A stretch of DNA of 56,887 nt, taken from Octopus bimaculoides (Eukaryota). The translations under genes were made by a program, and so were the position numbers. The notes under the pieces were generated by a model. That model made no database searches. It was not told where the DNA came from and was given only the letters and a program-made list of their open reading frames with translations. Below, piece after piece: positions 14,142 to 25,737 of this stretch. The stretch covers positions 705,509 to 762,395 of the forward strand of contig NC_069006.1 in NCBI RefSeq assembly GCF_001194135.2, in the 5' to 3' direction. Each line of letters begins with the position of its first letter. Positions within the stretch are counted from its first letter, which is position 1.

Positions 14142-14267
14142 CTTTATATTTTTCCACTATAACTTCATATTTACCAGCTTGGAAGTGCTTACGGAACAAT
14201 TCTTGTGGTAAACTCCAGATCTGTCGACCTATGTTGTTCTCGATAATTGTACAAGATGTATTTAAGG
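14142..14267 (-). CDS. TNFR-like gene, exon E (cytoplasmic, possible death-domain N-terminal part)
   Basis: Strong acceptor tgtctgtcttttcAG|CC, phase 1, open frame (A)LNTSCTIIENNIGRQIWSLPQELFRKHFQAGKYEVIVEKYK. The 3' boundary is uncertain because three phase-1 GT donors are available. Confidence 0.68.
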
Positions 14268-14401
14268 CTGAAAAGACAGACAAAAAACAGAAAACAGTGA
14301 TGTATCTATATATATATGGACATGTCTGTGTATAGGTAACATAATATATTTACAATACATACATAATATTATGCATGTACATGCATATATACCATTTTAT
14401 A

Positions 14402-14579
14402 TATAAGGAGTTGCCGAAAAGTTCCTGGCTTTAAGGGGATCATGAAAGGCCTGGTTGGAGGCCCAACCATCTGAGCTCTTTTTACACTGCAATATGAATG
14501 TGAACAAAACCATAATTAACTGATCCTCATGTATTTTCTTTTACCTAAAACCAAGAACTTTTCAGCACACCATTGTATA
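14402..14579. mobile_element. Short mariner-type MITE
   Basis: Imperfect ~32-bp TIRs (tataaggagttgccgaaaagttcctggcttta / taaaaccaagaacttttcagcacaccattgtata) with TA at the ends. Confidence 0.6.
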
Positions 14580-14628
14580 CTCACTCTCTCTTTCTCTCTC
14601 TCTCTCTATATATATATATCAAAATAAA

Positions 14629-14915
14629 GATATCCTTGTTGCTTATTTTGATTTTAATCACCTTACTTTGAAATTGTATGGTTAATACCTTACTAAATTC
14701 CGGTGCCTAAACTTAAGTACCATATTCACCTGAATCTGAATTTTTGCTATTCAAAACGCTTAGTTTAGAATAGAGGCAGCTGACGGAGGAAATATTCTCT
14801 ATGTGGCCTGTTTTTTTTGTGACGTCCTATACCCAGATATGCATCTATATATACATGTTGATGTAGGTATGTACATACATGTACGTATATATGCATATAC
14901 TCACATATTATTTGT
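14629..14915 (+). repeat. Interspersed repeat family; further copies at 20715-20822 (+), 50430-50640 (-), 3955-3990 (-)
   Basis: Shared blocks gatatccttgttgcttatttt...aaacttaagtaccatattcacctgaatct and ...gaggaaatattctctatgtggc...cccagatatgcatctatatatacatg. Class unresolved, possibly Penelope-like terminal repeat. Confidence 0.6.
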
Positions 14916-15953
14916 ATTATTATTATATATATATATATATGTATATATGATGTGTATATAGGGATAAATTAACCAGGCAGGTACTGTATAAGCATTCTGT
15001 TGTTGTCCAGGTATTCAATGTAGACTAACTGCATTGAGTAGTAAGAAGCTCCTAGGGTTACTTAAGGTTCGTAATCCCATTGTCCCATGGATAAATCCTG
15101 GGTTCACTTCACTGGATTATGAGTATTTTGGGGAAGTGGAAATCCGAGATCATTACAAAGAATACAGAGAATGACACATCTTTATATTTTCCCTTTTTAA
15201 TTGTCATTTTTGTCAGGTATTGAACTCCTAATGAATATATAACAAGTGCTGTACCTTCGTTTAAATAATTAAAAACCACCACCACTCACATGGCATGCAT
15301 AAGTTTTATGGGAAGTTGTCCGGTTTTCATTCTATATTTCTATTTATTTATTGCCCACAGGGGGCTAAATGTAGAGGGGACAAACAAGGACAGACAAAGG
15401 GTTTAAGTCGATTACATCGACCCCCCAGTGCATAACTGGTACTCATTTAATCGACCCCGAAATGATGAAAGGCAAAGTCGACCTCGGCGGAATTTGAACT
15501 CAGAACGTGAAGCCAGATGAAATCCCGCTAAGCATTTCGCCCGGCGTGCTAACGCTTCTGCCAACTCGCTGCTTTATTTCTATATACCATGATTAAAATA
15601 AATGGGGGACACACAATTGATTCCAATTGCACTTTATGGCAATTTGGTCCTTCTTCCCATTCCTGTGCTTGTGAAATAAGCAAAAATACAAAATTCGACA
15701 ATCTTTAGTCATTTATATGGAATAATTGATTGAGATGACTGACATGCGTTTCTGGTGCACATAGAATATGCAGCTGCATTTGCAACCAGCCGTTTCCAGC
15801 TCTGTACCTTCATTCAGGGTCTCTCCACAAATGTAGTTTACTTCAAAAATAGCTGTGTGTGTGTGTCTGTGAGGAGGAAACAGAAAAGAATCCTCCCAAC
15901 TGCAACCTCTCCCCCACCCTGCCAACAAGTGGACTAACCAAACAATTGCTTAC

Positions 15954-16205
15954 CTTGTTTGCAATATTTTTCATCTTTTTTCGCGTTCTCTATCACCTGT
16001 GAGACGACAGCGTCGAGCTCCTCCTGGGTGGGTGCCCGCTTCTTGTGACTGCGTGACCTCGGTCGATGGAAGCAAAAGTAATAACACAATGCAACTATCA
16101 CCCCGACAAACAATAAGACACTCACACAGCCAACGATGATTGCCGTATTACTAGATTCTTCAACTTTCGGCTTCTCTGTTGTCAAGTTGTCACAGTTGAC
16201 AATAT
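15954..16205 (-). CDS. TNFR-like gene, exon D (stalk, transmembrane helix, juxtamembrane tail with PTQEE)
   Basis: Acceptor cgtcgtttttcAG|AT and donor CAAG|GTaagc. The 252 nt encode (D)IVNCDNLTTEKPKVEESSNTAIIVGCVSVLLFVGVIVALCYYFCFHRPRSRSHKKRAPTQEELDAVVSQVIENAKKDEKYCKQ: a ~25-aa hydrophobic run followed by a basic stop-transfer segment. Confidence 0.9.
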
Positions 16206-16879
16206 CTGAAAAACGACGGAGGGCAGAAAAAAATGATTGACATAAAAGTGGTGCAGGTGGTGGTGGTGGAATGGTTCTAACAATTATAGTATTGGTTGGT
16301 GGTTGTGGTTGCAGAAGTTATAGGTAGAGGTGGTGGTGGTTGTGGTTGCAGAAGTTATAGGTAGAGGTGGTGGTGGTAATGGTACAGGTTGCAGTATAAG
16401 TTGTAGTGGTTGTGGCTGTAATGATTGTAATGGTGGTGGTTGCTGAAGTATCCTAGTGGTAATTGTGATAGTGTTGGTGGTTGTAGTGTTGCTGGTAGTG
16501 ACAATAATAGTGATGGTGGTGGTGGTGGTGGTGGGTGTGGTGGTTGTAGCATTGACAGTGACAGTTGTTGTTGCTGTAGTGAAGGCAGTGGTGGTAGTTG
16601 TGGTCAGGTGGTTACAGTGATGGTGGTGGGTGAGGTAGTTACTGTGACACAGGATGCAGGGTGGGTGGGCTCAAGGTTCCTGCTCATCAACATATTATTC
16701 TTTGGTGGAGGGCATCTTAACATGGGGCTTTTGCAAGCTAGGGAGGGTTACTGAGGCCACAGCCGTGTCTTTATGCCAATATACAAGTGTGTGATTTTTA
16801 TTGTATGGGTTTGTTTTGGCTTGAAATGACATCCAAAAAAACAATAGCTTTAAGAATAATAAAAAAAAAACAAACTTAC

Positions 16880-16956
16880 CATCCATCACAGGTCCACAGA
16901 CATTGTCAAATGTCCCGTTACTCTTCTTTAATGTACATCGAGATACCTTTTCACAA
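16880..16956 (-). CDS. TNFR-like gene, internal exon C (last cysteine-rich module)
   Basis: Acceptor ttcttgtcttgcAG|T and donor GATG|GTaagt. The 77 nt = 1+75+1 encode (N)CEKVSRCTLKKSNGTFDNVCGPVMD, resembling the membrane-proximal C......GT...D.VC module of TNFRs. Confidence 0.85.
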
Positions 16957-17477
16957 CTGCAAGACAAGAATATATAAATATTGATATATGTGTATATATA
17001 CATATAAAATAAGTTGTGAAAATATTCGTGAAATTACTAAAATGACCAACCCACAAAACTAAAAAAGGTTTATCAGCTTGAATGGAAATAAAAGATATAA
17101 AATGTTTTATTTAATGACAATAGCAACTTGATATACTTCAACAATGATTTTGTTTAAGGTGAACGAATACAGAACGAGAAGACAAGATTGTATTTATGTA
17201 GATCATAAAGTCAGGAAGTATGAGAGGTGAATCTATTTATTTCAGCCCTTGATATCTCTAGGATTATGGCCATTTTGCATCCTTCATTATGTAATAATAA
17301 TTTCAGGGTATAATAAATTGTTTTACATGTCTGCACCAATATGCATGTTGCACACTGCACAGTACAATTGTACATTTAAAAATCACTGCAAATACAGAAG
17401 GCTAGCTCTTCAGATCACCAGAGAGCATCATCTGCCAACTCTATGAGTCCATATATTGAACTCTTTTCTCTTTCTCA

Positions 17478-17855
17478 CTTTTACTAGTTTCAGTCATTTG
17501 ACAGTGGCCATGCTGGAGCACCGTCTTTAGTCGAAGAAATCAACCCCAGGACTTATTCTTTGTAAGCCTAGTACTTATTCTATCGGTCTCTTTTTGCCGA
17601 ACCGCTAAGTTACGGGCATGTAAACACACAAGCATCGGTTGTCAAGCGATGTTGGGGGGGACAAACACAGACACACATATATAAACATATATACGACGGA
17701 TTTCTTTCAGTTTCCGTCTACCAAATCAACTCACAAGACTTTGGTTGGTCCGAAGCCATAGTAGAAGACACTTGCCCAAGGTGCCACGCAGTGGGACTGA
17801 ACCCGGAACCATGTAGTTGATAAGCAAGCTACATACCACAAAGCCACTCCTGCAC
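17478..17855 (-). mobile_element. SINE family A, full-length copy (most abundant repeat in window)
   Basis: Head gtggctgtgtggtaagaagcttgcttcccaaccacatggttccgggttcagtccc, internal TA/CA microsatellite, tail ...gcatggccactgtcaaatgactgaaactagtaaaag. Confidence 0.8.
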
Positions 17856-18527
17856 CACTACGAAATTATATTTACATATGTATTTATGTAATTAGGCAGA
17901 CAGTATAATGACCTATCTGGTTAGTGCTAAGTGACCAATGAATCACATTGGAGAGTTAAAGCATATCTGTGCTCGTTTGTCAAAAAGACACAGTGATAAA
18001 TGAATCAACTCCATGCACTTTGTAAATGGAATGAATGATAGATTCATTGGCACCAAACTCGAGGCAAAGTCTCAACCGTTGCATATTTTCTTGAATACCT
18101 CTAAATTTTCCTGTCAGAGATAGACTCATCTGTGTTGTTTGTTAGGATCAGGCCCCATCATATTTGAATGAACGGTAGATTCATTGGCACCAAACTTGAG
18201 GCCCTCAGCCGCAAAGTCTCAACCTTTACATTTTTTTCTTGGTCATCTCTACCTGTAGAGTGTATTCTTGTAGAGAATACACTTGTCTGTGTCATTTGTT
18301 AGGATCAGGCACCCTTGCATATTTTCTGTTCACTGGTCCCGTGTTGATGGGTAAAAATAAGTAAATCATAAGGTCACAAGTTTGGTTCCCCAGGGGCACA
18401 TTGTATCCTTGAGCAAGACAGTTTGTTTCATGTTGCTCCAGTCCACCTAGAAAGCAAAATGGAGTTGTCCCTGGGTCAGCCTTGTCATATTCTGCATCAT
18501 TGCTGAATCAGGATACACATGTCAGAA

Positions 18528-18851
18528 GGGGAGAGTGAAAATAAAAAAATTGTGAAAACTGAAAATGCCTGAGGGCTAAAATGTTGCTATATTTGATTAC
18601 TAGAAAAATGCTGAACTTTTGCTGAGATCAATGAATGGCAGTTACTACCTCAAGCAACCCCCAAAACTCAGAAAATGTGGGATTTTTGTAAATTTTTTAC
18701 AATAGCGGAGTATGGGAGGTTTGAGGGAGTAAATTCCCTTGACTGATCTAAGCGAAAATTTAACATTTTTCTAGTAATAATAATATATAGCAAGATTTTA
18801 GCCCTCAGGCATTTTCAATTTCCACAATTACTTTTTATTTTCACTCCACCC
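18528..18851. mobile_element. Foldback/MITE with long imperfect inverted repeats
   Basis: gagtgaaaataaaaa...gaaaatgcctgagggctaaaat...gctatat at the left is mirrored by atatagcaagattttagccctcaggcattttc...ttttattttcactcc at the right. Confidence 0.7.
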
Positions 18852-19755
18852 TAGTGTTCAGCTACTTGCATGTTGAAATTCCAAGCAGGCTGTTCTGTGA
18901 GTCAGAGAGACAGGAATATGTGTTGTCTTAACCAACAGAGTGTCAGTCTTTTTGTGTCTTTTTTTAATGTTGGATTTCAGACACATTTGGTCTGGTCTGA
19001 GCACTTACTGTGTGTACCTGTTACATTTTTCTGTGACATTTTCTTAATTATATTTATATTACCATTCTTTCTTTTCCTAGGTTATCTTTGTCACGTCTCA
19101 GTTCCTTCCTCCAGCTTAGAGATGCATCACTTTTCCTCAACACATGTGCTCTTCCGAGTATTGCTGCCAGCTGTGTAATTCCTATGGAGTTTGGTATTTT
19201 CAGCTTTCCATGCCGAAATATTGCTTTCTTTGAGATGGTCCCAACTGCATTAATCACAAAAAGTTTCACACTCACTTTTAAGGCTCCATGGACACATTTC
19301 ACTTCCAATGTTAGATCTTGGTACTTTCCAACTATTATTATTATTATTATTATGGCCAAGTGGTTAGGGTGTTGCACTGTGTGCATGAGAGAAACACTTC
19401 CCCTCATGTTGCTCTGAAATTGTATCAACGTCTGACACACGGTACACTGTGCACCTCTTCAGGCAACACCAATTTGATGGAGAGAATGAACTAACGTACA
19501 ACACAGACATTGGATCCCTATAAACAAATCATTTGTGCAGAGCGTTTGGCACAAGCTGAATGCTCATAGGTTGTCTTTGAGAGGAGAGTCCATCATTATT
19601 TAATTAGCAGTAAGTTAGAAAGGCTAACCAAGGACCAAAAATTGTTTCATGCATGGTGCTTGTCAAACTGGAATAAAATGTAAGAGAACGCCTCATTACA
19701 TGGAGCGAATGATATGATTTCCTCTGGAATGTTCATTTACTAATTTCTACAAAAC

Positions 19756-19794
<39 letters not shown>

Positions 19795-20268
19795 NNNNNN
19801 NNNNNNNNNNNNNNNNNNNNNNNNNNNNNNNNNNNNNNNNNNNNNNNNNNNNNNNNNNNNNNNNNNNNNNNNNNNNNNNNNNNNNNNNNNNNNNNNNNNN
19901 NNNNNNNNNNNNNNNNNNNNNNNNNNNNNNNNNNNNNNNNNNNNNNNNNNNNNNNNNNNNNNNNNNNNNNNNNNNNNNNNNNNNNNNNNNNNNNNNNNNN
20001 NNNNNNNNNNNNNNNNNNNNNNNNNNNNNNNNNNNNNNNNNNNNNNNNNNNNNNNNNNNNNNNNNNNNNNNNNNNNNNNNNNNNNNNNNNNNNNNNNNNN
20101 NNNNNNNNNNNNNNNNNNNNNNNNNNNNNNNNNNNNNNNNNNNNNNNNNNNNNNNNNNNNNNNNNNNNNNNNNNNNNNTGTATATTCCATATTCTATATC
20201 CCACATTGGTTTTGCAGGAATATAAATAAAACATAAAAAACAGACAGTGTTGGAACTCTTTTAAACAA

Positions 20269-20347
<79 letters not shown>

Positions 20348-21034
20348 AATCATCATCATCATTTAATGTCTACTTTCCATGCTGACAGATTAGACAACTT
20401 AACTGGAACTGGTATATATATATATGTATGTATGTGTGTATATATATATATATCCAAATAACCATTTTGACTTAGCCAGACCATATAGGCTAACCTGTAT
20501 GGTCTGGCTAAGTCAAAATGTTTTTTTGTATTCCTCCTTTCTACTTGGAGAATTTCAGATCTATTTATAAAAATATGTCCTGTTTAAATGTAATTTCAGT
20601 AAATTTCTATATCTTTGGGCAGCTGAGGATTGCTCTGCATTTTACATTTGATGTAATGTTCACATTGCTTAATTAAATGGAGTCGCATGAAACGATCGTA
20701 CGGTATTAACTTTGGATATCCTTGTTGCTTATTTTAAATTTAATCACCTTATTTTGAAACTGTATGGATAATCCCATACTAAATCCTGGTACCTAAACTT
20801 AAGTACCATATTCACCTGAATCTATATATGTGTGTGTGTGTGTGTGTGTGTATAAATAACCAACAGATAAAAGAAATGATCGATTAGTTAACAATAAAGG
20901 AGTGAAATTGAACCAATGCATTTGTGTATTTATTATTACTGGTGTTGTGACCCTCCCAAGATGTGAGATTTCTTTTAACAAACCAACTCCCATTAAGAAT
21001 CTTACAAACCAAATATGCAAAACTGAAATAGAAA

Positions 21035-21069
<35 letters not shown>

Positions 21070-21234
21070 TGTGTATATATATACATGCACTCACACATAC
21101 AAGCTATATACATACATTTTCAGTTTGATGCCAATGATGATGATGATGCAGAATAAGTTGACTTTGGCAAGGTTTGAACACAAACCTGCAGGACACAGAG
21201 ATTGATTTATATATGCATAAAAAAACACATGCAC

Positions 21235-21281
<47 letters not shown>

Positions 21282-21583
21282 ATATATATGTATATACGAC
21301 TGAATGTTTTCTATAATCTGGTGCCAAAGGCGATGGTGGTAGTGACACCGTTTTACAAAAAGGGGTGAAAGGTCAAGTTGACTTTGGCAGGATTTGAAAC
21401 CCAGAACTGTAGGACACAAAGGTAAATTAGAAAGAAAACAAACGGAATAAAATGAAATAAAATGCAACCCACATCAAAACAAATAGAGAAAACAGTTTGA
21501 AATTTTGTTAATTCAGTGCCAAATATTGACTTACAATTCCATCCTGTCCCACATTGCAAGTGTATATGCATGTGTGTGTGCTA

Positions 21584-21623
<40 letters not shown>

Positions 21624-21899
21624 TACACATATATACACACACATATGCATATCTTTTGTCTTTTCCTGGCTTGAGTTATTAAACTGTGACCATTTTGGGG
21701 CTCTGTTTTGAAGGGTTTTAGTGAAATGAATTGACCTAGTTCATATTTTTGAAAACCTGGACCTTATTCTATTGGTCTCCTTTGCCAAACTGCTAGGTTA
21801 TGGGAATATAAACAAACCAACACTGACAGTCAAGCAGTGTTGGGGGTCCAACACAAAGACACACCCACACAGTCATAGAAACACACACACACACACATA

Positions 21900-22022
21900 T
21901 GTGGAAGGACCTCGTGGAGGAGGGAGACCCAGGAAGACATGGGATGAAGTGCTGAGCCTTATGACAGAGATGACAAAGAACTGAGATACATGGCACCTAG
22001 CTGTACTCAAGAAGACCCACCC
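21900..22022 (+). mobile_element. RTE-class LINE ORF2 3' end fragment
   Basis: VEGPRGGGRPRKTWDEVL...EMTKN*DTWHLAVLKKT contains the characteristic GRPRKTW C-terminal motif. Confidence 0.7.
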
Positions 22023-24012
22023 NNNNNNNNNNNNNNNNNNNNNNNNNNNNNNNNNNNNNNNNNNNNNNNNNNNNNNNNNNNNNNNNNNNNNNNNNNNNNN
22101 NNNNNNNNNNNNNNNNNNNNNNNNNNNNNNNNNNNNNNNNNNNNNNNNNNNNNNNNNNNNNNNNNNNNNNNNNNNNNNNNNNNNNNNNNNNNNNNNNNNN
22201 NNNNNNNNNNNNNNNNNNNNNNNNNNNNNNNNNNNNNNNNNNNNNNNNNNNNNNNNNNNNNNNNNNNNNNNNNNNNNNNNNNNNNNNNNNNNNNNNNNNN
22301 NNNNNNNNNNNNNNNNNNNNNTATATATATATATATATGTATGTATTTATATATATATATACATACACACACACACAAACACATGGCAGGTTTCTTTCAA
22401 TTTCCATCAAACAAGGCTTTGCTCAGCTTAAGAACATTGTAGAAGACATTTGTCTAAAGTGCCAAGCAGTGGGACTGAACACAGAACCATGTGATCGAGA
22501 AGCAAACTTCTTACCATACACACAAGCATAATATACATATGTTGTGATTAAAAACAAAAATCTCTTCCTTTTCTTCAGGGCCATTAACCATCATCATCAC
22601 CACCACCACAACTATCATCATCATCATCATAAATATCACATCACCAACATCATCATCACTATCACCTAGTGTTTATTTAGTAGAATGCAGCAAAAGTATA
22701 AGAGGTTTGTGTGTGTGGGGGGATAGGGGATAGAGACAGGGGAACAGATTGCCTTCAGGGCAAAAACAAACAGACAAAACAAAAGAATAAAAAGAATAGC
22801 AATCAAATAAAAGGAAAAAAATTCAAGTGCAGGGTGGGTCAGGTGGAAGGGAATAGAAAGGTGGGGGGAGGTAATTTGGATGGAGGGGGCCAGGGGTAGT
22901 GGTGGTGATGGTGGTGGTGGTGGTAGTGAGGGTGATAGTGGTGGTAGTGATCGCGATGGTGGTGGTGGTGGTGTTGTCGATGGTGGCGGGGATGTTAGTG
23001 ATGGTGTGCATAAATGTTATTGAAACTGAGAAAGGTAATGTTGGGAAGNNNNNNNNNNNNNNNNNNNNNNNNNNNNNNNNNNNNNNNNNNNNNNNNNNNN
23101 NNNNNNNNNNNNNNNNNNNNNNNNNNNNNNNNNNNNNNNNNNNNNNNNNNNNNNNNNNNNNNNNNNNNNNNNNNNNNNNNNNNNNNNNNNNNNNNNNNNN
23201 NNNNNNNNNNNNNNNNNNNNNNNNNNNNNNNNNNNNNNNNNNNNNNNNNNNNNNNNNNNNNNNNNNNNNNNNNNNNNNNNNNNNNNNNNNNNNNNNNNNN
23301 NNNNNNNNNNNNNNNNNNNNNNNNNNNNNNNNNNNNNNNNNNNNNNNNNNNNNNNNNNNNNNNNNNNNNNNNNNNNNNNNNNNNNNNNNNNNNNNNNNNN
23401 NNNNNNNNNNNNNNNNNNNNNNNNNNNNNNNNNNNNNNNNNNNNNNNNNNNNNNNNNNNNNNNNNNNNNNNNNNNNNNNNNNNNNNNNNNNNNNNNNNNN
23501 NNNNNNNNNNNNNNNNNNNNNNNNNNNNNNNNNNNNNNNNNNNNNNNNNNNNNNNNNNNNNNNNNNNNNNNNNNNNNNNNNNNNNNNNNNNNNNNNNNNN
23601 NNNNNNNNNNNNNNNNNNNNNNNNNNNNNNNNNNNNNNNNNNNNNNNNNNNNNNNNNNNNNNNNNNNNNNNNNNNNNNNNNNNNNNNNNNNNNNNNNNNN
23701 NNNNNNNNNNNNNNNNNNNNNNNNNNNNNNNNNNNNNNNNNNNNNNNNNNNNNNNNNNNNNNNNNNNNNNNNNNNNNNNNNNNNNNNNNNNNNNNNNNNN
23801 NNNNNNNNNNNNNNNNNNNNNNNNNNNNNNNNNNNNNNNNNNNNNNNNNNNNNNNNNNNNNNNNNNNNNNNNNNNNNNNNNNNNNNNNNNNNNNNNNNNN
23901 NNNNNNNNNNNNNNNNNNNNNNNNNNNNNNNNNNNNNNNNNNNNNNNNNNNNNNNNNNNNNNNNNNNNNNNNNNNNNNNNNNNNNNNNNNNNNNNNNNNN
24001 NNNNNNNNNNNN

Positions 24013-24196
24013 AACTCAGTTGGGGGAAAACGAGTAAAAACACTTCATTTCATGTTGCTCCGGTCAACTCAGTTGGGGGAAAACGAGTAAAAACACTTCA
24101 TTTCATGTTGCTCCGGTCAACTCAGTTGGGGGAAAACGAGTAAAAACACTTCATTTCATGTTGCTCTGGTCAACTCAGTTGGGGGAAAACGAGTAA
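24013..24196 (+). repeat. 53-bp tandem repeat, 3.5 copies, next to a gap
   Basis: Unit aactcagttgggggaaaacgagtaaaaacacttcatttcatgttgctccggtc starting at 24013, 24066, 24119 and 24172. Confidence 0.9.
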
Positions 24197-24599
24197 GTAC
24201 CTCCATTTCTAATGGGCCAGCCTCGTCACATCCTGTGTATCCCACTGAAACTCTGTGAGGACCCCATTAAGGGTACGTGTGTCTATGGAACGAGTGCTCA
24301 GTTACTTGCAGGCTCTTCCATTCATCGGATCAACCGAATTCTTGTCATCGTAACTGACAGAGTGCCACTGTGTGTGTGTGTGTGTGCGTGCGTGTACGAT
24401 CATTGTTTAACATTCTCATTCCATGGGTTGAATGGTTTGACAAGACTGTATGCAATGCTTTCCCCCATGTCACTGGCCCTAAGCAGTCTGCAAACCAAGA
24501 ACCCTTTATTGAGGTGGGTGAAATCTCGGGGGTGCTGGCTAGTGTCAGGTGTTGAGAATGCAAGAGTATGACAGGGGCATAAGTTCAGGTGTCTTACAG

Positions 24600-24815
24600 C
24601 AGAGGAGAGACAGGGCTATCTATGGGTGGCCTTTGGGAAAGTGGGAAACCTCATAAGTCCCAAGGCTTCCATGAAAATTGAAAGAAAGATCTTCAATGAG
24701 TACATCCTGCCAGTAATGATTTACGGCAGTGAAACAGGGGCTTTCAACCCTACTATTATGAATGCCCTCATGAATGCTTACCAGAAAATGGAGACAGGGC
24801 TGACCCAGGTGGAAG
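24600..24815 (+). mobile_element. RTE-class LINE reverse transcriptase C-terminal fragment
   Basis: WVAFGKVGNLISPKASMKIERKIFNEYILPVMIYGSETGAF...AYQKME matches the RTE post-RT motif (W.AF..L....K.K.F...ILPV..YG.ETW). Confidence 0.75.
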
Positions 24816-24884
24816 AGGAGAAATAAAGATGGTGATGATGAGGTGTCAGGACGTACCTTCAAGGGTCAAGAGAGTAATGAGGAT

Positions 24885-25170
24885 GGGGACAGAGGAACAG
24901 GTAAAGGGGACAGAGGAACAGGTGAAGGGGACAGAGAAACAGGTGAAGGGGACAGAGGAACAGGCGAAGGGGACAGAGAAACAGGCGAAGGGGACAGAGG
25001 AACAGGCGAAGGGGACAGAGAAACAGGCGAAGGGGACAGAGGAACAGGCGANNNNNNNNNNGGAACAGGCGAAGGGGACAGAGAAACAGGCGAAGGGGAC
25101 AGAGGAACAGGCGAAGGGGACAGAGGAACAGGCGAAGGGGACAGAGGAACAGGCGAAGGGGACAGAGACA
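24885..25170 (+). repeat. 21-bp purine-rich minisatellite, ~13 copies
   Basis: Unit gggacagaggaacaggcgaag. It generates the spurious (GTEEQAK)n ORFs. Confidence 0.9.
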
Positions 25171-25658
25171 GGGCATCAGGTCAGGTATGTTGGTGAGATG
25201 AATAACATATGGTTAGAGGGATGACTAGTAGATGATGAAGGGAGTAGCTGACGGGGGTGGGGATATCTGTTTTGTGGGAGGAGAAGGTGAAGGAAATAGG
25301 AGTGAGTCAGGGAGGAGGAGAAGGGGGCAGAGATGATAGGTGGTAGTGCAAAATGGTTGGGGGGGACAGCAGAATTGTAATAAAAGCCATATAAATGAGA
25401 AACAGGGAGATGATGTGAAGGGTATGTGTGTAGCGGGGGGATAGAGGGGTACTCAGTGGCTGGGTGGACATCTAAAGGTTTCAACACAGTTTCCTTCTAA
25501 TAAATCTCACAAATGTTTCGCTGACCTGAAACATTTCTATAAAAGACATCCCCGCCCCAGGGTGCCATTCATCATACAGTGGGATTAGAACTCTGGACAT
25601 GTTAAAAGAGGAGAAACAACAGAAGCAAGGAAGACGTTACAAACAAGAATAGACTTAC

Positions 25659-25737
25659 TTTTTTAATGGTTTACATGCTTGTAATCTGTCCTTTACATCT
25701 GAATACATATTTTTAGCAAGACAATTTTCACACACGC
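25659..25737 (-). CDS. TNFR-like gene, internal exon B (cysteine-rich domain)
   Basis: Acceptor tcttcttttgcAG|GC and donor AAAA|GTaagt. The 79 nt = 2+75+2 encode (G)VCENCLAKNMYSDVKDRLQACKPLK(N). Phase 1 in and phase 2 out exactly bridge exons A and C. Confidence 0.88.

Noticed and set aside
14750-14810. Permuted hammerhead (…aaaacgcttagttta…ctgacgg…) in the repeat family, and a similar trace at 55733-55770
   Set aside because: Core nucleotides are mutated and stems I and II cannot be paired convincingly.
24829-25224. (GTEEQAK)n protein-coding ORF
   Set aside because: It is a by-product of a 21-bp minisatellite, open in several frames and on both strands.
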